Shown: positions 38,331 to 51,470, counted from the first letter of the stretch. The stretch is 64,000 nt of DNA from Eledone cirrhosa (GCA_964016885.1 OZ024743.1:341372001-341436000), one strand, 5' to 3'. Numbers and translations: made by a program. The notes: generated by a model not told the origin, from the sequence alone.

Positions 38331-41295
38331 ACAGTTGCATTTATCTTGCTTTATGTTCATACGAGTTATCACCAAGTCACAACCAGTGACCTCAAGAGAC
38401 AACAAGGTCCGCCATGTTCAAGAAAGAACATACATATTCACACATGCATCTTTAGTGTTTAGACTTGTGATGTACTTATATTGACAGAATCTTCCTTAGT
38501 ATATGGGCAGTTCCCATTAGTACTATCTTTTAGTACCACTGGTATTGTTTTAGTTCTCAATTTCCACATTTTTCCAATTTCTATCTCCAGGTCCTTATAC
38601 TTGCTCAATTTTTCAAATGTTTTTATAGATACATTCTTGTCTATTGGAACAGGCATATCAATTAGCAGGCATACCCTCTTTTTGAAGTCCTTCAATATTA
38701 TATCAGGTCTATTTGCATCTATTTTTCGGTCTGTTTGGATGCTAAAGTTCCACAAGATTGAGATGTGATCATTTTCAAGTATGGGAGGTGGTTGATGCTC
38801 CCACCAATTCTTTTGATGGGGCAGGTCAAAATGCTTACACATTATCCAATGTATGTATTGTGCAGCTCTGTCATGCCTGTTTAGGTATTCGGTTGGAGCT
38901 ATAGGACTGCACATTGAAATTATATGGTCAATGGTCTCTGGTTGTTTTTTGAATTACACGGCATAATGGGCTGCACCCATTTTTGATTATGTTGGCTTGG
39001 TAATTTTTTGTTGGCAGACACTGATCTTGTGCCGATATAATCAGTCCTTCAGTCTCCGATTTCAGTCCAGAGGATGCCAACCACTGATGGGTTAAAGTTT
39101 TGTCAACATCAGGATTGTTAGCTCGCTCTGGGTATTTTCCATACAGAGGCTTTTCTTGCCATTTCTTAGCCAGTTTCTGTAGCAGTTCTTTCTTTGCAGT
39201 TACTTTTACCTGCTTTGCTTTTTCTGTGTTTTCCATTTCAGCAGTAAATGGGACTTCTGAAATTTGTAGTCCGTTACTGTATCTTTGTGCATATTTTGTA
39301 ATGGAATATGATCTGTTGATGCTTTCGTGTTTCAAAACGAGTTTGATCATCCAATCATGTGATTCCCTTAGATATGTAGATAATCCAATTGTTGCAGTTT
39401 TCAACGCAAATAGTTTTAGGTCATCGATGTAGAACAGGTGATTAATGGTTTTGTCATAGACTTTATATCCATGTTTTGTTTCATTGAGCATTTTACTTAA
39501 TGGTATAAGTGCGATGCAGAATAAAAGCGGTGATAAAGAGTCACCCTGAAAAATTCCACAATTAATATTAACTTCTCCAGCTTCCAGTGATTTTGTTTCA
39601 CTATTCAAAAGGAGTGTCGTTTTCCATGTCTTCATACTGAATGACAAAAACCTCCTGACATCGGGGGATACTTTGAAAATCTCTAAATATTTTTCAATCC
39701 AACTGTGTGGCAAACTATCAAATGCTTTTTTATAATCTATCCAAGCAATCGACAGATTTTTGTGTCTATTATGACAATCTTCCAGTATCATTTTGTTAAC
39801 CAGAAGCTGATCCTTACAGCCATATGAGCCTCGTTTACACCCTTTATGCTCAATGGGAAATAGATCGTTTGTTATCAGGTGGTCATATGTGTATTCAGTT
39901 AGGACTGATGTTAAAATTTTATACATTGTGGTCAAGCAAGTTATCGGTCTGTAATTTTTGGGATTGTTTGTCTCATCATTCTTCGGAAGCAGGAATGTAA
40001 TGCCGTTAACTAGCCATGAAGGTATCTTTTCTGGCTCCTTAACTATTTCATTGTAAAGTTGGGCTAACAGCTCATGAGACTCTGTGAAGGCATTTATACA
40101 AAAGTTTTGTATTTTGTCTTTTCCTGGGGATTTCCATTTGCTGGTTTTTCTTAGAGCCAAGCGCAACTGTTCAACTGTTATATTTTCCCATGTTTGTTCC
40201 TCAAGGTGAGCTGTATCTTTCATTTGTCTGTCTATCAATGGGGCATGTATGTTATGAACTTTTTCTTCGGCCCAGATCTTTTGCCAGAATTCTTGCACTT
40301 CCTCCTTGGGTGGTATTGATTTAGCAGTTATTGTGGACTTACCAATTTTTCTGTAGAAGTTTCTTTGGTTGTTTTTGAACATATTATTGTCCTTATAGAA
40401 TCTAGATCGTTTTTCAAAGCGCCTTATACGAGCAGCTTTGGCCGACACTTTTTGCTTGATTATTTCTATCAGCATGTCTATGTCACATGTTGATTTTATA
40501 CTGTACTTTTTTTTCAATTTTCTAAGTTTAGTTTGTTTAACATGTTCACCTACTTTATAGTTTGTTAACATTTCTATGTCAGATCGGAGAAGGTTTATTT
40601 GGCGATTGATGTTCTCTTGCCAAGTAGATTTCTTGTGGGAATTCCTTTGTTTTTTCATCTTCACTCCACATAAGTGAGTGGTGACTTTAGCCAATGCATA
40701 ATAGAGATGATTTATATCAGTAATGTTTAGTTTGTTTGTGATGATAATGTTTTTGAGAATTATGTTAGTCTTGTGTATTATCTTTTGGTTCTGTTTGGAG
40801 TTCTGGATCTTAGGGAGGGTGTCTCGTTCCCCCATGTCAGATTCTTTCATTTTCATCCATTCGATCATAATTTCATCCTTCAAGTTGGCAAGTTCGTTCT
40901 CATTCATTTCTTTATCATTTACGATCTCATTATTTTCATTTGGAGTTTCATCCTGAGCATGCACTCCCTCCACTTTTTCGATCCTTTCTTTAATTTGTTC
41001 TGTTGCCAGTGATTTCGCCCCAAACCTGGGATTCGAAGTGTTACAGTTTACCTCGTTTTCACTGACACATGTTTCATTTTCCCTTCGCTGACTTTGTGCT
41101 AATAGCTTGATCTGATCAATTTCTATCTCAGTTAGTAACTTTTTTCTTACAATATTTCTTCGTATATTGGCTAGTTTTTTTACTGTCAATATAGCCTCTG
41201 TTTTCGGGATGTTTTTTTCCAGTTGATATATGTCTGTTCTGTATTCGATGTATTTGATGGGTAGTACATGGCAGTGTAGAAAGCCTCAAGGACTT
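38331..41295 (-). mobile_element. R4/Dong-like family 2 copy B (longest; in-frame internal deletion at ~39410)
   Basis: ORF 38928-41189 has RT motifs up to FYIDDLKLFA fused to LKTATIG. The RLE part 38459-38914 has RHD and NRPDIILKD..LIDMPVP..K..Y. Confidence 0.9.
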
Positions 41296-41478
41296 GTTGC
41301 TGTTGTTGTTGTTTTGTTGTTGTTGTTGTTGTCGTCGTCGTTGTCGTCGTTGTTGTTGTTGCTATTATTATTATCATCATCATCAGCAACATTATCGTCG
41401 TCGTCATCGAGGATTATCATCGTAAAGATGATGATTATAATCAGAAAGATTGTGATAATGATTGTAATGGTAATGGTA
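41295..41478. repeat. Compound trinucleotide repeats (GTT/GTC/ATT/ATC/GAT)
   Basis: Direct sequence. Confidence 0.85.
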
Positions 41479-41944
41479 GGCGTATAGCCGCCAGTTTGAT
41501 TAACCACATTGCGATGTTGCCTGACAGCTCAGCAAAATATCCATTAAACACCAGTGAAAAGACTATCAATAGGAGAAAAGTAAAAAAAAACCCATAATTT
41601 ATAAACAAACATGTTGACGAAAATCAATGTGGATAACAAATTAGATAACTTATATTTTATATAACTGATGAATCCCAAACATATGTAAACAGAAACAGTA
41701 GCAGTTAGCGTCACACAAATCAAATCATGATTATATACATTTAGATGAAAAGAGAAAAAATGTGTATTCCTTCACAAAGGAAATCATTATTTATTCAGTC
41801 ACAGTTTAAAAGACGAATCCATATGCATGTGCTGTTTTAATGATTTTAATATTTGAAATGCGACCAAGTTGGAGTATTGATATCTCTTGTGCAAAAAAAA
41901 CTGTAAGTCGAAAAGACGGATGTGTTCGACAAACTGATTTACAG

Positions 41945-42232
<288 letters not shown>

Positions 42233-42292
42233 AAATATTAAAAAAATAATGAATAAAACAATGAAACAGTTCCTTATATTAAACAAAAAAAG

Positions 42293-42447
42293 TTCATTAT
42301 TTAACGATCGTTTCTAGGATATATATGTGTTAGAATTGGCATGCATATTCAACAGATCTATGTACAAAATTATACAAAATTATACAAACTATCAAGATTA
42401 AATATACATACCAAACACACATATATGCCGTCTTCAGAAATAATGAA
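42293..42447 (-). ncRNA. Hammerhead ribozyme motif (inverted copy)
   Basis: Reverse complement of 50319-50473. Confidence 0.7.
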
Positions 42448-43057
42448 ATATATTTATTGATAATAACAACAATTCAAAATTTCAGGTCCGTTTGGGAACA
42501 GAGTTCAAATTGACCAATGAAAATACAAAAAATTTTATGCAGTTTGGTGTGTGTATATACATGTAATTAACTTCGTACACATATTTATATAAAGATATAT
42601 GCTCACATGCATACGCATGCCAAAAAGATGTATGCAAATACAAAAATTCAAGGCTAATGTCTCTGTAAGTTTATAATCCACAGATAAAATGTGTATAGAC
42701 ACATAAATATGAAATAAATGTATACACACATTCATATACTCACACATATACGTACACTCACACACACACGCGCGTATATGCATAAACATACACATAATTA
42801 CGAACATACATACACACACACACCCCCACACACATATATATGTGCATATAGTATTATCATAAGCATATGGACATTAATGCACGCACATAAACACTGCCAC
42901 ACACATTTAGATCAAGATACAGAAATTAGGTGGGAGGGGGGGAGAGGTCAGTATTCAACGGTTTCGGCAGACTGCTTATTTATAGATGTATCTATAAACT
43001 TAGAAATAAAAAGAAAAGAAAAAGAAAAAAGAAAAAAGAAAAAAGAAATATATCAAG

Positions 43058-43097
<40 letters not shown>

Positions 43098-43614
43098 CAC
43101 ATACAACACACACACACACACATATATAAACATATACATATATATATACACATATATACACACATACATATATATATATATACACATATATACACATATA
43201 TACACACACATTGTACATAGATCTGTTGAATATGCATGCCAATTCTAACACATATATATCCTAGAAACGATCGTTAAATAATGAACTTTTTTTGTTTAAT
43301 ATAAGGAACTGTTTCATTGTTTTATTCGTTATTTTTTTAATATTTTATCTTGACTCTGTATTCCGTTTATCTTTCACCGAAAGTGATTTTTCATTGCATC
43401 TCTTCTTTCCATGATATCCGGACTACATTGAGTTCTTCATACGGATTGGACACTACCGTAAACTCTTGGTAGATTTATCTACATAATTTTGCTCCTATTT
43501 TCACGGAAATATTCGTATTTTTGTACTGTATGTGTGTATTAATTTTATATTTATGTATATACATATATATGTATGATTTTGTAAACCCATATACATTTAG
43601 TTGAGCTCTTTCAA

Positions 43615-46077
43615 TTGTCCATCATCCATATCACAATGGAAAAACAATATTTGGGAACCTCTTTAAAGAACATACCAATACCTTCTAAGGATGACTTCTT
43701 ACTCCTTATGATTCAAAAAACTAATAATTTTATCAGAAGGGTTAGATGGAGGGCCTACCAATTCGATAAAAAATCTAAACATGCAGATGGGAAATATATG
43801 TATGATTTCAATACTTACAAGAATCCACCACACAACTCTTTACTTGAAGACTTTGAGAAAGACCTTTTTAATTTAATTAAACACCTCAAATTTAAAAAGT
43901 ATAAATCCGTCTTTCAAAGGGACCTTGATTCTACCCTATTGGACCTAAAAAAGTCTAAAAAAATCCATGTCCACTCGGACAAAACTGGTAACTTGTATCA
44001 CATGGATATTGAACATTATAATGAGTTCATATATAAAGAACTCAGGAAAAATTATAAAAAATCTAATAATGCGTCACTCACCAACATCAACAACAAAACA
44101 CACAACATAGTAAAAAAACTAAACATTGAAGATAGAACTGAACCTTTGGCATTGAAAAGACCACACTTCAACCTGAAGGATCATAAATCAAACTTTAACT
44201 CAAATCCTTCTATAAGACTTATATGTCCCTCCAAATCAGATATTGGAATAATTAGCAAAAAAATTTTGGATAGAGTCATCCCACAAATAAGAAAACACGT
44301 TATTTTACCACTCTGGGAAAACACCTCCCAGGTAATTAAGTGGTTTAAAAGTATTAGATGTAAATCTTCTGCTTCATTTCTACAATTTGATATAGATAAT
44401 TACTATTCTTCTATATCACCTATACTCCTGAACAAAGCATTGATATTTGCTAAAAATAGATCTAACTTAACTTTGGATGACATTAATATTATTACACATG
44501 CTAGACTAACACCTATTGAATTTCAGAATGAATACTGGACCAGAAACACATATAGTAATCTATTTGATATTACTATGGGTTCAAGCGATTCCGCCCAAAT
44601 TACTGATCTTGTGGGCCTCTTTCTCCTTTTCAACATAAATGCCTCCTTTCCCCACCTTAAAGGTGGTTTATATCGTGATGACTGTCTTCTTCTTTCCAAC
44701 AACCTTAGCCTTTCAGAAATAGAAAAAAACAAAAAGCATATTAGAACTTTCCTTAAAGACTATTATAGTCTTCATATTACTTTTGAAAAAACAAGTAAAG
44801 TAGTAAATTTCCTAGATATAACTTTAGACTTAGCTACGGGTATCTACCAACCTTACCATAAACCAAACCAAAACTTACATTACATACACTCACAATCTAA
44901 TCACCCTAAATCTATCCTTAAAAACCTTGCATATAATATATCACTTAGAATTTCTAACCTTTCTTCTAACCAAGATGTATTTGATAAAAATGCGACCTTC
45001 TATAACGAAGCTCTAGATAGAAGTGGCCACAAAAATAGATTAGAATATATACCTTCTACTAAAAATACTAAAAACATACAACCTAATATTACCAACAAAC
45101 ACCAAATGAAAAGTACACACCTAAATGCCACCCACACTATACCCCAAAATACCAAATCTTCTAATATAAAATATAGTAACTCTCAAAAAACTACTCATCA
45201 TACAACTCTAATAAATATTAATAATAAAACTCCTAATAAAAAAGATAAAACACCTAAATCTACAAATATAACTAAAAATGGTTGTGGTGAGATCATTAAC
45301 ATTAATCCTCCTAGTAAACATCACGATACAACCTATAAAAATAATAAAAATAATAAACAACATAGAAACCGTAATAGACGGGTTACTTGGTATAATGCTC
45401 CATTTAATTTACAAATTAAGGATAATATTGCTAAAAAATTTTTTTATATCCTAGAGAAAAACTTCCCGCCAAACCACAAATACCATCAAATCTTAAATAG
45501 GTCTACAGTTAAATTCTCATACTCAACAACAAATAACATAAAACAAAATATAAGTGCCTATAATGCATATAAATGTAAGAAAACCATAAGTATACCACCA
45601 ATACATCAAACTAACCATAATATCTCCTCAAATACAGAATTAACGAAAGGTTGTAACTGTAGAAACAAAGCAAACTGCCCATTAAAAGGGAATTGTCTTG
45701 TTAACAACATAGTCTATAAATGTAATGTTAAAACTAAAGATTCTATTTGCTCATATATAGGAGCTACTTCTAATAATTTTAAGACAAGGTTTAATACCCA
45801 CAAGCATAGTTTTAAAAATGCCGCACTGGCTAATACAACATCTCTAGCAGAAAAAATCAATAGTTATAAAAATAAGAATATAGAATATGATTTGACCTGG
45901 AGTGTGCTAAAAAGAGCCACCCCTTATCAAAATAATAGAAATGAATGTAGATTATGTTCCCAAGAACTATTTGAAATAATGAAATCTAAGGATATCCTAT
46001 TAAATAAACTACAGGAATTAATTATATCGTGTAATCATAAACTAAAAAAAACATTTAAATATTATAAACCTAATTAA
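43615..46077 (+). CDS. Penelope-like RT + GIY-YIG endonuclease (820 aa open; first ATG at ~43636)
   Basis: SLKNIPIP N-terminus, SDKTGN, FDIDNYYSSI, ITMGSSDS, LYRDD, VNFLDITL, CNCx5Cx5C linker, NIVY..SYIGAT..KTRFNTH, CRLC..E..LN..CNH. Confidence 0.93.
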   Translation: MSIIHITMEKQYLGTSLKNIPIPSKDDFLLLMIQKTNNFIRRVRWRAYQFDKKSKHADGKYMYDFNTYKNPPHNSLLEDFEKDLFNLIKHLKFKKYKSVFQRDLDSTLLDLKKSKKIHVHSDKTGNLYHMDIEHYNEFIYKELRKNYKKSNNASLTNINNKTHNIVKKLNIEDRTEPLALKRPHFNLKDHKSNFNSNPSIRLICPSKSDIGIISKKILDRVIPQIRKHVILPLWENTSQVIKWFKSIRCKSSASFLQFDIDNYYSSISPILLNKALIFAKNRSNLTLDDINIITHARLTPIEFQNEYWTRNTYSNLFDITMGSSDSAQITDLVGLFLLFNINASFPHLKGGLYRDDCLLLSNNLSLSEIEKNKKHIRTFLKDYYSLHITFEKTSKVVNFLDITLDLATGIYQPYHKPNQNLHYIHSQSNHPKSILKNLAYNISLRISNLSSNQDVFDKNATFYNEALDRSGHKNRLEYIPSTKNTKNIQPNITNKHQMKSTHLNATHTIPQNTKSSNIKYSNSQKTTHHTTLININNKTPNKKDKTPKSTNITKNGCGEIININPPSKHHDTTYKNNKNNKQHRNRNRRVTWYNAPFNLQIKDNIAKKFFYILEKNFPPNHKYHQILNRSTVKFSYSTTNNIKQNISAYNAYKCKKTISIPPIHQTNHNISSNTELTKGCNCRNKANCPLKGNCLVNNIVYKCNVKTKDSICSYIGATSNNFKTRFNTHKHSFKNAALANTTSLAEKINSYKNKNIEYDLTWSVLKRATPYQNNRNECRLCSQELFEIMKSKDILLNKLQELIISCNHKLKKTFKYYKPN

Positions 46078-46995
46078 TAACATTATTTTAGAAATTAATA
46101 TATAATTTAATTTAAATGTTAGTTAACCTAAAAATTTAATTTAATTAAAATTCTACTACAGATGAGAATATAAAATATTGTGTAATCATAAATTGTGAAA
46201 AACCTTTAAATATTACTAATATATACTTAGTAATTTAATTTATAGATTAATTTTAATTTATTTAACCCTTTATTAAAATTCCTTTACAGATAAAATATAA
46301 CAAAATATCGTGTATTCAATGACAGAGAAATAATTTTTAGTATTATAGACCTAATTAATATACATTTTAGAAATATATTTATAATTTGGTTTTAAATTTA
46401 GTCAACCTAAAAATTTAATTTAATTGGCTTAAAATTAGTATCCTAATACAGACGGATTGCAGAGTGTCATGTAATCATAGAATGGGATGTGTTTTGGATG
46501 TATACCTAGTTAATATATTCTTTGCAATTTTTGAAAAAATATGTATATGTATGTATATATATGTATGTGTATGTATGTATATATATGTGTATATATATAT
46601 ATGTATGTATATGTATATGTATATGTATTAATTTTAATTTCTGTTTACATATAATTATATTCTACTATTGATAAAATACAATATCTGTTTTATTTATTAT
46701 ATACCTAATTAACATATACTATAGAAATTAATATATAATTTTTAATTTAGTTAACCTATAATTTATATTCTACTACCGATGTAATACTTTATTTGTTTTT
46801 TCCCTATTACTAAATTCATTTCCTAATATTGATACCATAACGTTAATAATTTTAATTTAGTTATACTATAATTAATACTCTACTACTATTTAACTTCAAA
46901 ATTCTGCTTCAAATATTATAAACCTAAGTAATTTACACCTTAGAAATCAATATATTAACTATCTTTAGTTTAGTTAACCTATAATTAATGGTATA
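46020..46995 (+). repeat. Degenerate AT-rich tandem repeat (~130-160 bp unit) starting in the last codons of the PLE ORF
   Basis: ATATCGTGTAATCATA-like at ~46024, 46175, 46305 and 46465; TTAGTTAACCTA-like at ~46118, 46398, 46747 and 46970. Confidence 0.6.
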
Positions 46996-47169
46996 CTTAT
47001 ATTGAAATGCATAATTTTGCCTTCTTTCTTGCATTTCCTAATACTGAAACTATGTAAACACATATTGAGATCCAAATACAGATTAATATTTTATGTTTCT
47101 TGAAACATATATTTACTATAATCCCCTTCTCCCCCCCCTTCCCCCCTACTATTATTATCTGTTTTTGTA

Positions 47170-47273
47170 AGCGTGTATGTATGAATATATATGTAGGTAG
47201 GTGTATATATGTTTGGGTGTTTATATCTAAGTATAAAAATACATATATGCGCATGCAAATAAGGGTGTATGAT

Positions 47274-47306
<33 letters not shown>

Positions 47307-47308
47307 GC

Positions 47309-47353
<45 letters not shown>

Positions 47354-48637
47354 TATATGTATGTGTGTGTGTGCGTGTATGTATGTGTGTATATATATGT
47401 GTGTATGTATGTATGTGTATATATGTGTATGTATATGTATGTCTCTCTATATATATGTGTATCTTCGTATCTATGTGGGTATATGTGTGTATGTGCATGT
47501 ATGCACATGCATATGTTTATGTGTATATGTGTGTATGTGTATATGTGTACGTATGCGCGCATATATATGTGAGTGTGTGTGTGTGTGTATATATATGTAT
47601 GTCTATAATATATATTTGTATATGTATGTATATATATTATTTATTATTATAATATAATTTATGTGTATATATATATATATATGTGAAAATATGTATATAT
47701 ATATATATATATATAAATATATATGTGTATGTGTGTCTTTGTGTGTGTGTATATATATGTATATATGTGTGTATGTATGTGTTTGTATGTGTGTTTATGG
47801 TTGTATGTGTGTGTGGGTATATATATATATATGTATGTATATATATATATGTGTATATGTATCTCTATTTATGTGTGTATATATGTATAAGTATATACCT
47901 TTTTCTTTGTATGTCTGAGTTGTCTGAGAGTGTAGTGGTGTTTGTATGTATATACGCATATATGGATGCGTATATATTTGTATATATGCGTATATGTAAG
48001 TGCGTATGTGTGTGTGAATATATATCTATGTCTATGTATGAGTATGTATGTGTGTGTATGTATGTGTGTGTGTATGTATGTACGTGTGTATGTGTGTATG
48101 TATATGTGTGTATATATATGTATGTATGTGTATGTATGTATATATGTATGTGTGTGTATGTGTGTATATATATCTTTATATATGTGTATGTGTATGTATG
48201 TGTAGGTGTGTGTGTGTGACTATATATGTATGTGTGTATATGTGTATGTATGTATATGTATGTGTGTGTACATATATATATATATATATATATGTATGTA
48301 TATATGTGTATATATATATATATATGTATATGTATCTTTATTTATGTGTGTATATATGTATATGTATATACCTTTTTCTTTGTATGTCTGAGTTGTGTGA
48401 GAGTGTAGTGGTGTTTGTATGTATATACGCATATATGGATGCGTATGTATTTGTATATATGCGTATATGTAAGTGCGTATGTGTGTGTGAATATATATCT
48501 ATGTCTATGTATGAGTATGTATGTGTGTGTATGTATGTGTGTGTGTATGTATGTATGTGTGTATGTGTGTATGTATATGTGTGTATATATATGTATGTGT
48601 GTGTATGTATGTATGTATATATGTATGTATATGTATA

Positions 48638-48668
<31 letters not shown>

Positions 48669-48792
48669 TTATTATATATGTGTGTGTGTGTATGTGTGTA
48701 TATATATCTTTATATATGTGTATGTGTATGTATGTGTAGGTGTGTGTGTGTGACTATATATGTATGTGTGTATATGTGTATGTATGTGTGTG

Positions 48793-48843
<51 letters not shown>

Positions 48844-48864
48844 ATATATATATATATGTATGTA

Positions 48865-48895
<31 letters not shown>

Positions 48896-49034
48896 ATATA
48901 TTTATGTATATATATATATTTATATGTGGGTATGTATGTGTATGTGTGTATATATATGAGTGTATTTCTATATATATATATATATGTATGTAGATGTGAC
49001 TGTATATATATGTATATATATATATATATGTATG

Positions 49035-49075
<41 letters not shown>

Positions 49076-49671
49076 GTATATGTGTGTATATGTATGAGTG
49101 TGTATATATATACGAGTGTTGTGAATGTATATATATATATATATATATGTGTGTATATGTGTATGTGTATGTGTATATATGTATATATATATATATATAT
49201 GTATATGTATATGTGTGTATATATATATATATGTATGTATGCGTGTATGTGTATATGTGTGTAAAAAAAAATATATATATATATATGTGTTTATGTATGT
49301 ATGTGTCTATGTATTTATATGTGTATATGTATGTGTCTCTATATGTATGCGTCTGTGTATGTGTATGTGTATTTATATGGTATGTGTATGTATATGTATG
49401 TATATGTATGTGTTTATATATATGTGTATGTATATGTATGTATATGTATGTGTGTGTATGCGTGTGTATTTATTTATATGTCTATATGTATGTATATCGA
49501 TGTATACTTTATATTTTGCTTGTTTGTATATATATATATGTGTGTGTATGTATATGTGTGTGTATATATATATATATGTGTGTGTATATATGTGTGTGTA
49601 TATATGTGTTTATATGTGTGTATATATATATGTATGTGTGTATATATGTGTGTGTGTGTGTGTTGTATGTG

Positions 49672-49704
<33 letters not shown>

Positions 49705-49705
49705 T
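47170..49705. repeat. Compound (TA)/(TG) low-complexity tract with a ~0.5-kb internal tandem duplication
   Basis: The unique anchor CCTTTTTCTTTGTATGTCTGAGTTGT(C/G)TGAGAGTGTAGTGGTG occurs at ~47898 and ~48371. Confidence 0.85.
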
Positions 49706-50318
49706 TTCTTGATATATTTCTTTTTTCTTTTTTCTTTTTTCTTTTTCTTTTCTTTTTATTTCTAAGTTTATAGATACATCTATAAATAAGCAGTCTGCCG
49801 AAACCGTTGAATACTGACCTCTCCCCCCCCTCCCACCTAATTTCTGTATCTTGATCTAAATGTGTGTGGCAGTGTTTATGTGCGTGCATTAATGTCCATA
49901 TGCTTATGATAATACTATATGCACATATATATGTGTGTGGGGGTGTGTGTGTGTATGTATGTTCGTAATTATGTGTATGTTTATGCATATACGCGCGTGT
50001 GTGTGTGAGTGTACGTATATGTGTGAGTATATGAATGTGTGTATACATTTATTTCATATTTATGTGTCTATACACATTTTATCTGTGGATTATAAACTTA
50101 CAGAGACATTAGCCTTGAATTTTTGTATTTGCATACATCTTTTTGGCATGCGTATGCATGTGAGCATATATCTTTATATAAATATGTGTACGAAGTTAAT
50201 TACATGTATATACACACACCAAACTGCATAACATGTTTTGTATTTTCATTGGTCAATTTGAACTCTGTTCCCAAACGGACCTGAAATTTTGAATTGTTGT
50301 TATTATCAATAAATATAT

Positions 50319-50473
50319 TTCATTATTTCTGAAGACGGCATATATGTGTGTTTGGTATGTATATTTAATCTTGATAGTTTGTATAATTTTGTATAATTTT
50401 GTACATAGATCTGTTGAATATGCATGCCAATTCTAACACATATATATCCTAGAAACGATCGTTAAATAATGAA
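50319..50473 (+). ncRNA. Type I hammerhead ribozyme motif with long stem II; predicted cleavage after 50463
   Basis: Stem I UUCAUUAUUU/AAAUAAUGAA (10 bp); CUGAAGA at 50329-50335; GAAA at 50452-50455; palindromic stem III ACGAUCGU; GUU triplet; stem II includes AUAUAUGUGU/ACACAUAUAU. Confidence 0.72.
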
Positions 50474-50668
50474 CTTTTTTTGTTTAATATAAGGAACTGT
50501 TTCATTGTTTTATTCATTATTTTTTTAATATTTTATCTTGACTCTGTATTCCGTTTATCTTTCACCCGAAAGTGATTTTTCATTGCATCTCTTCTTTCCA
50601 TGATATCCGGACTACATTGAGTTCTTCATACGGATTGGACACTACCGTAAACTCTTGGTAGATTTATC

Positions 50669-50672
<4 letters not shown>

Positions 50673-50720
<48 letters not shown>

Positions 50721-50728
50721 TAGTATAT

Positions 50729-50827
<99 letters not shown>

Positions 50828-50831
50828 CACA
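50673..50831. repeat. (TA)n microsatellite; right target of the PLE
   Basis: Direct sequence. Confidence 0.9.
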
Positions 50832-50832
50832 C

Positions 50833-51145
50833 AATGGCTGCCCCTTCGTTATCGATTATCGAGTATGGCCATTGCGAGATATAACATTATTAATAATTAT
50901 CAATTAATGGTATCGTGCAATGCCTGCGCGTCCAGATTTTTTTTAAAGTGAGGAAAGACTGTGCACTGTGTCAATCCCACTCTCTGAGCGACAGTAGCTA
51001 TAACCCGAAAAGAAGAAAGTATCGACATCATCGTTAACTACTGGGCCGCAGGTTTTATGTCGGAGTTATCCCACTTTCCTGAGTTGTCTTCTCCTAGAAG
51101 AATACCCTGACAAGGGCTAGAGTTCTTTCACTCCCAGTGGTTTAA
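50833..51145 (-). mobile_element. Decayed RTE-derived short fragment
   Basis: GAGTTGTCTTCTCCTAGA and TCCCACTCTCT..AAAAGAAGAA..CGACATCAT resemble the 4490-4625 segment. Confidence 0.35.
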
Positions 51146-51470
51146 CCGAAGTACGCCGAATAATTTCTTAATTGAATAAAGTGTTGCACATTTTCACATA
51201 TTTTTCTATTTATGACGAATGTTTGGACTTAGCTTGAGCTATATTGTCCTTTCAGTTCATTTTACTGAATGCAATGAAAAACCCGCCTGACAAAACAAAC
51301 TGAAAATAAGCAGGAGGAATATGTTCTAAATACAAAATTTGATACTGCGTTTAAATAGAAATACACTTTTATGGATGAATTATATTACCAGAAACAGCCC
51401 CCTTTGTCTTCAGGGGACTTGTTGTAACCAATATAAGCAGAAAGAAGATGTTCTAACTTCACAATAATTA

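Noticed and set aside
7453-41295. Telomeric HeT-A/TART-like array or CRISPR-like array
   Set aside because: No TTAGGG/TTAGG repeats, ordinary sequence on both sides, and the spacers are whole retroelements.
43500-43636. Possible intron upstream of the PLE ORF (GTATGT ~43528 ... TTTAG 43600)
   Set aside because: Plausible for PLEs, but I found no in-frame upstream ATG exon and the signals are weak in AT-rich DNA.
46997-50231. Many long Y/I/C/V/M or H/T-rich ORFs (also at 302, 3159, 41799, 53766, 56740)
   Set aside because: Translations of stop-free TA/TG/CA microsatellites; not proteins.
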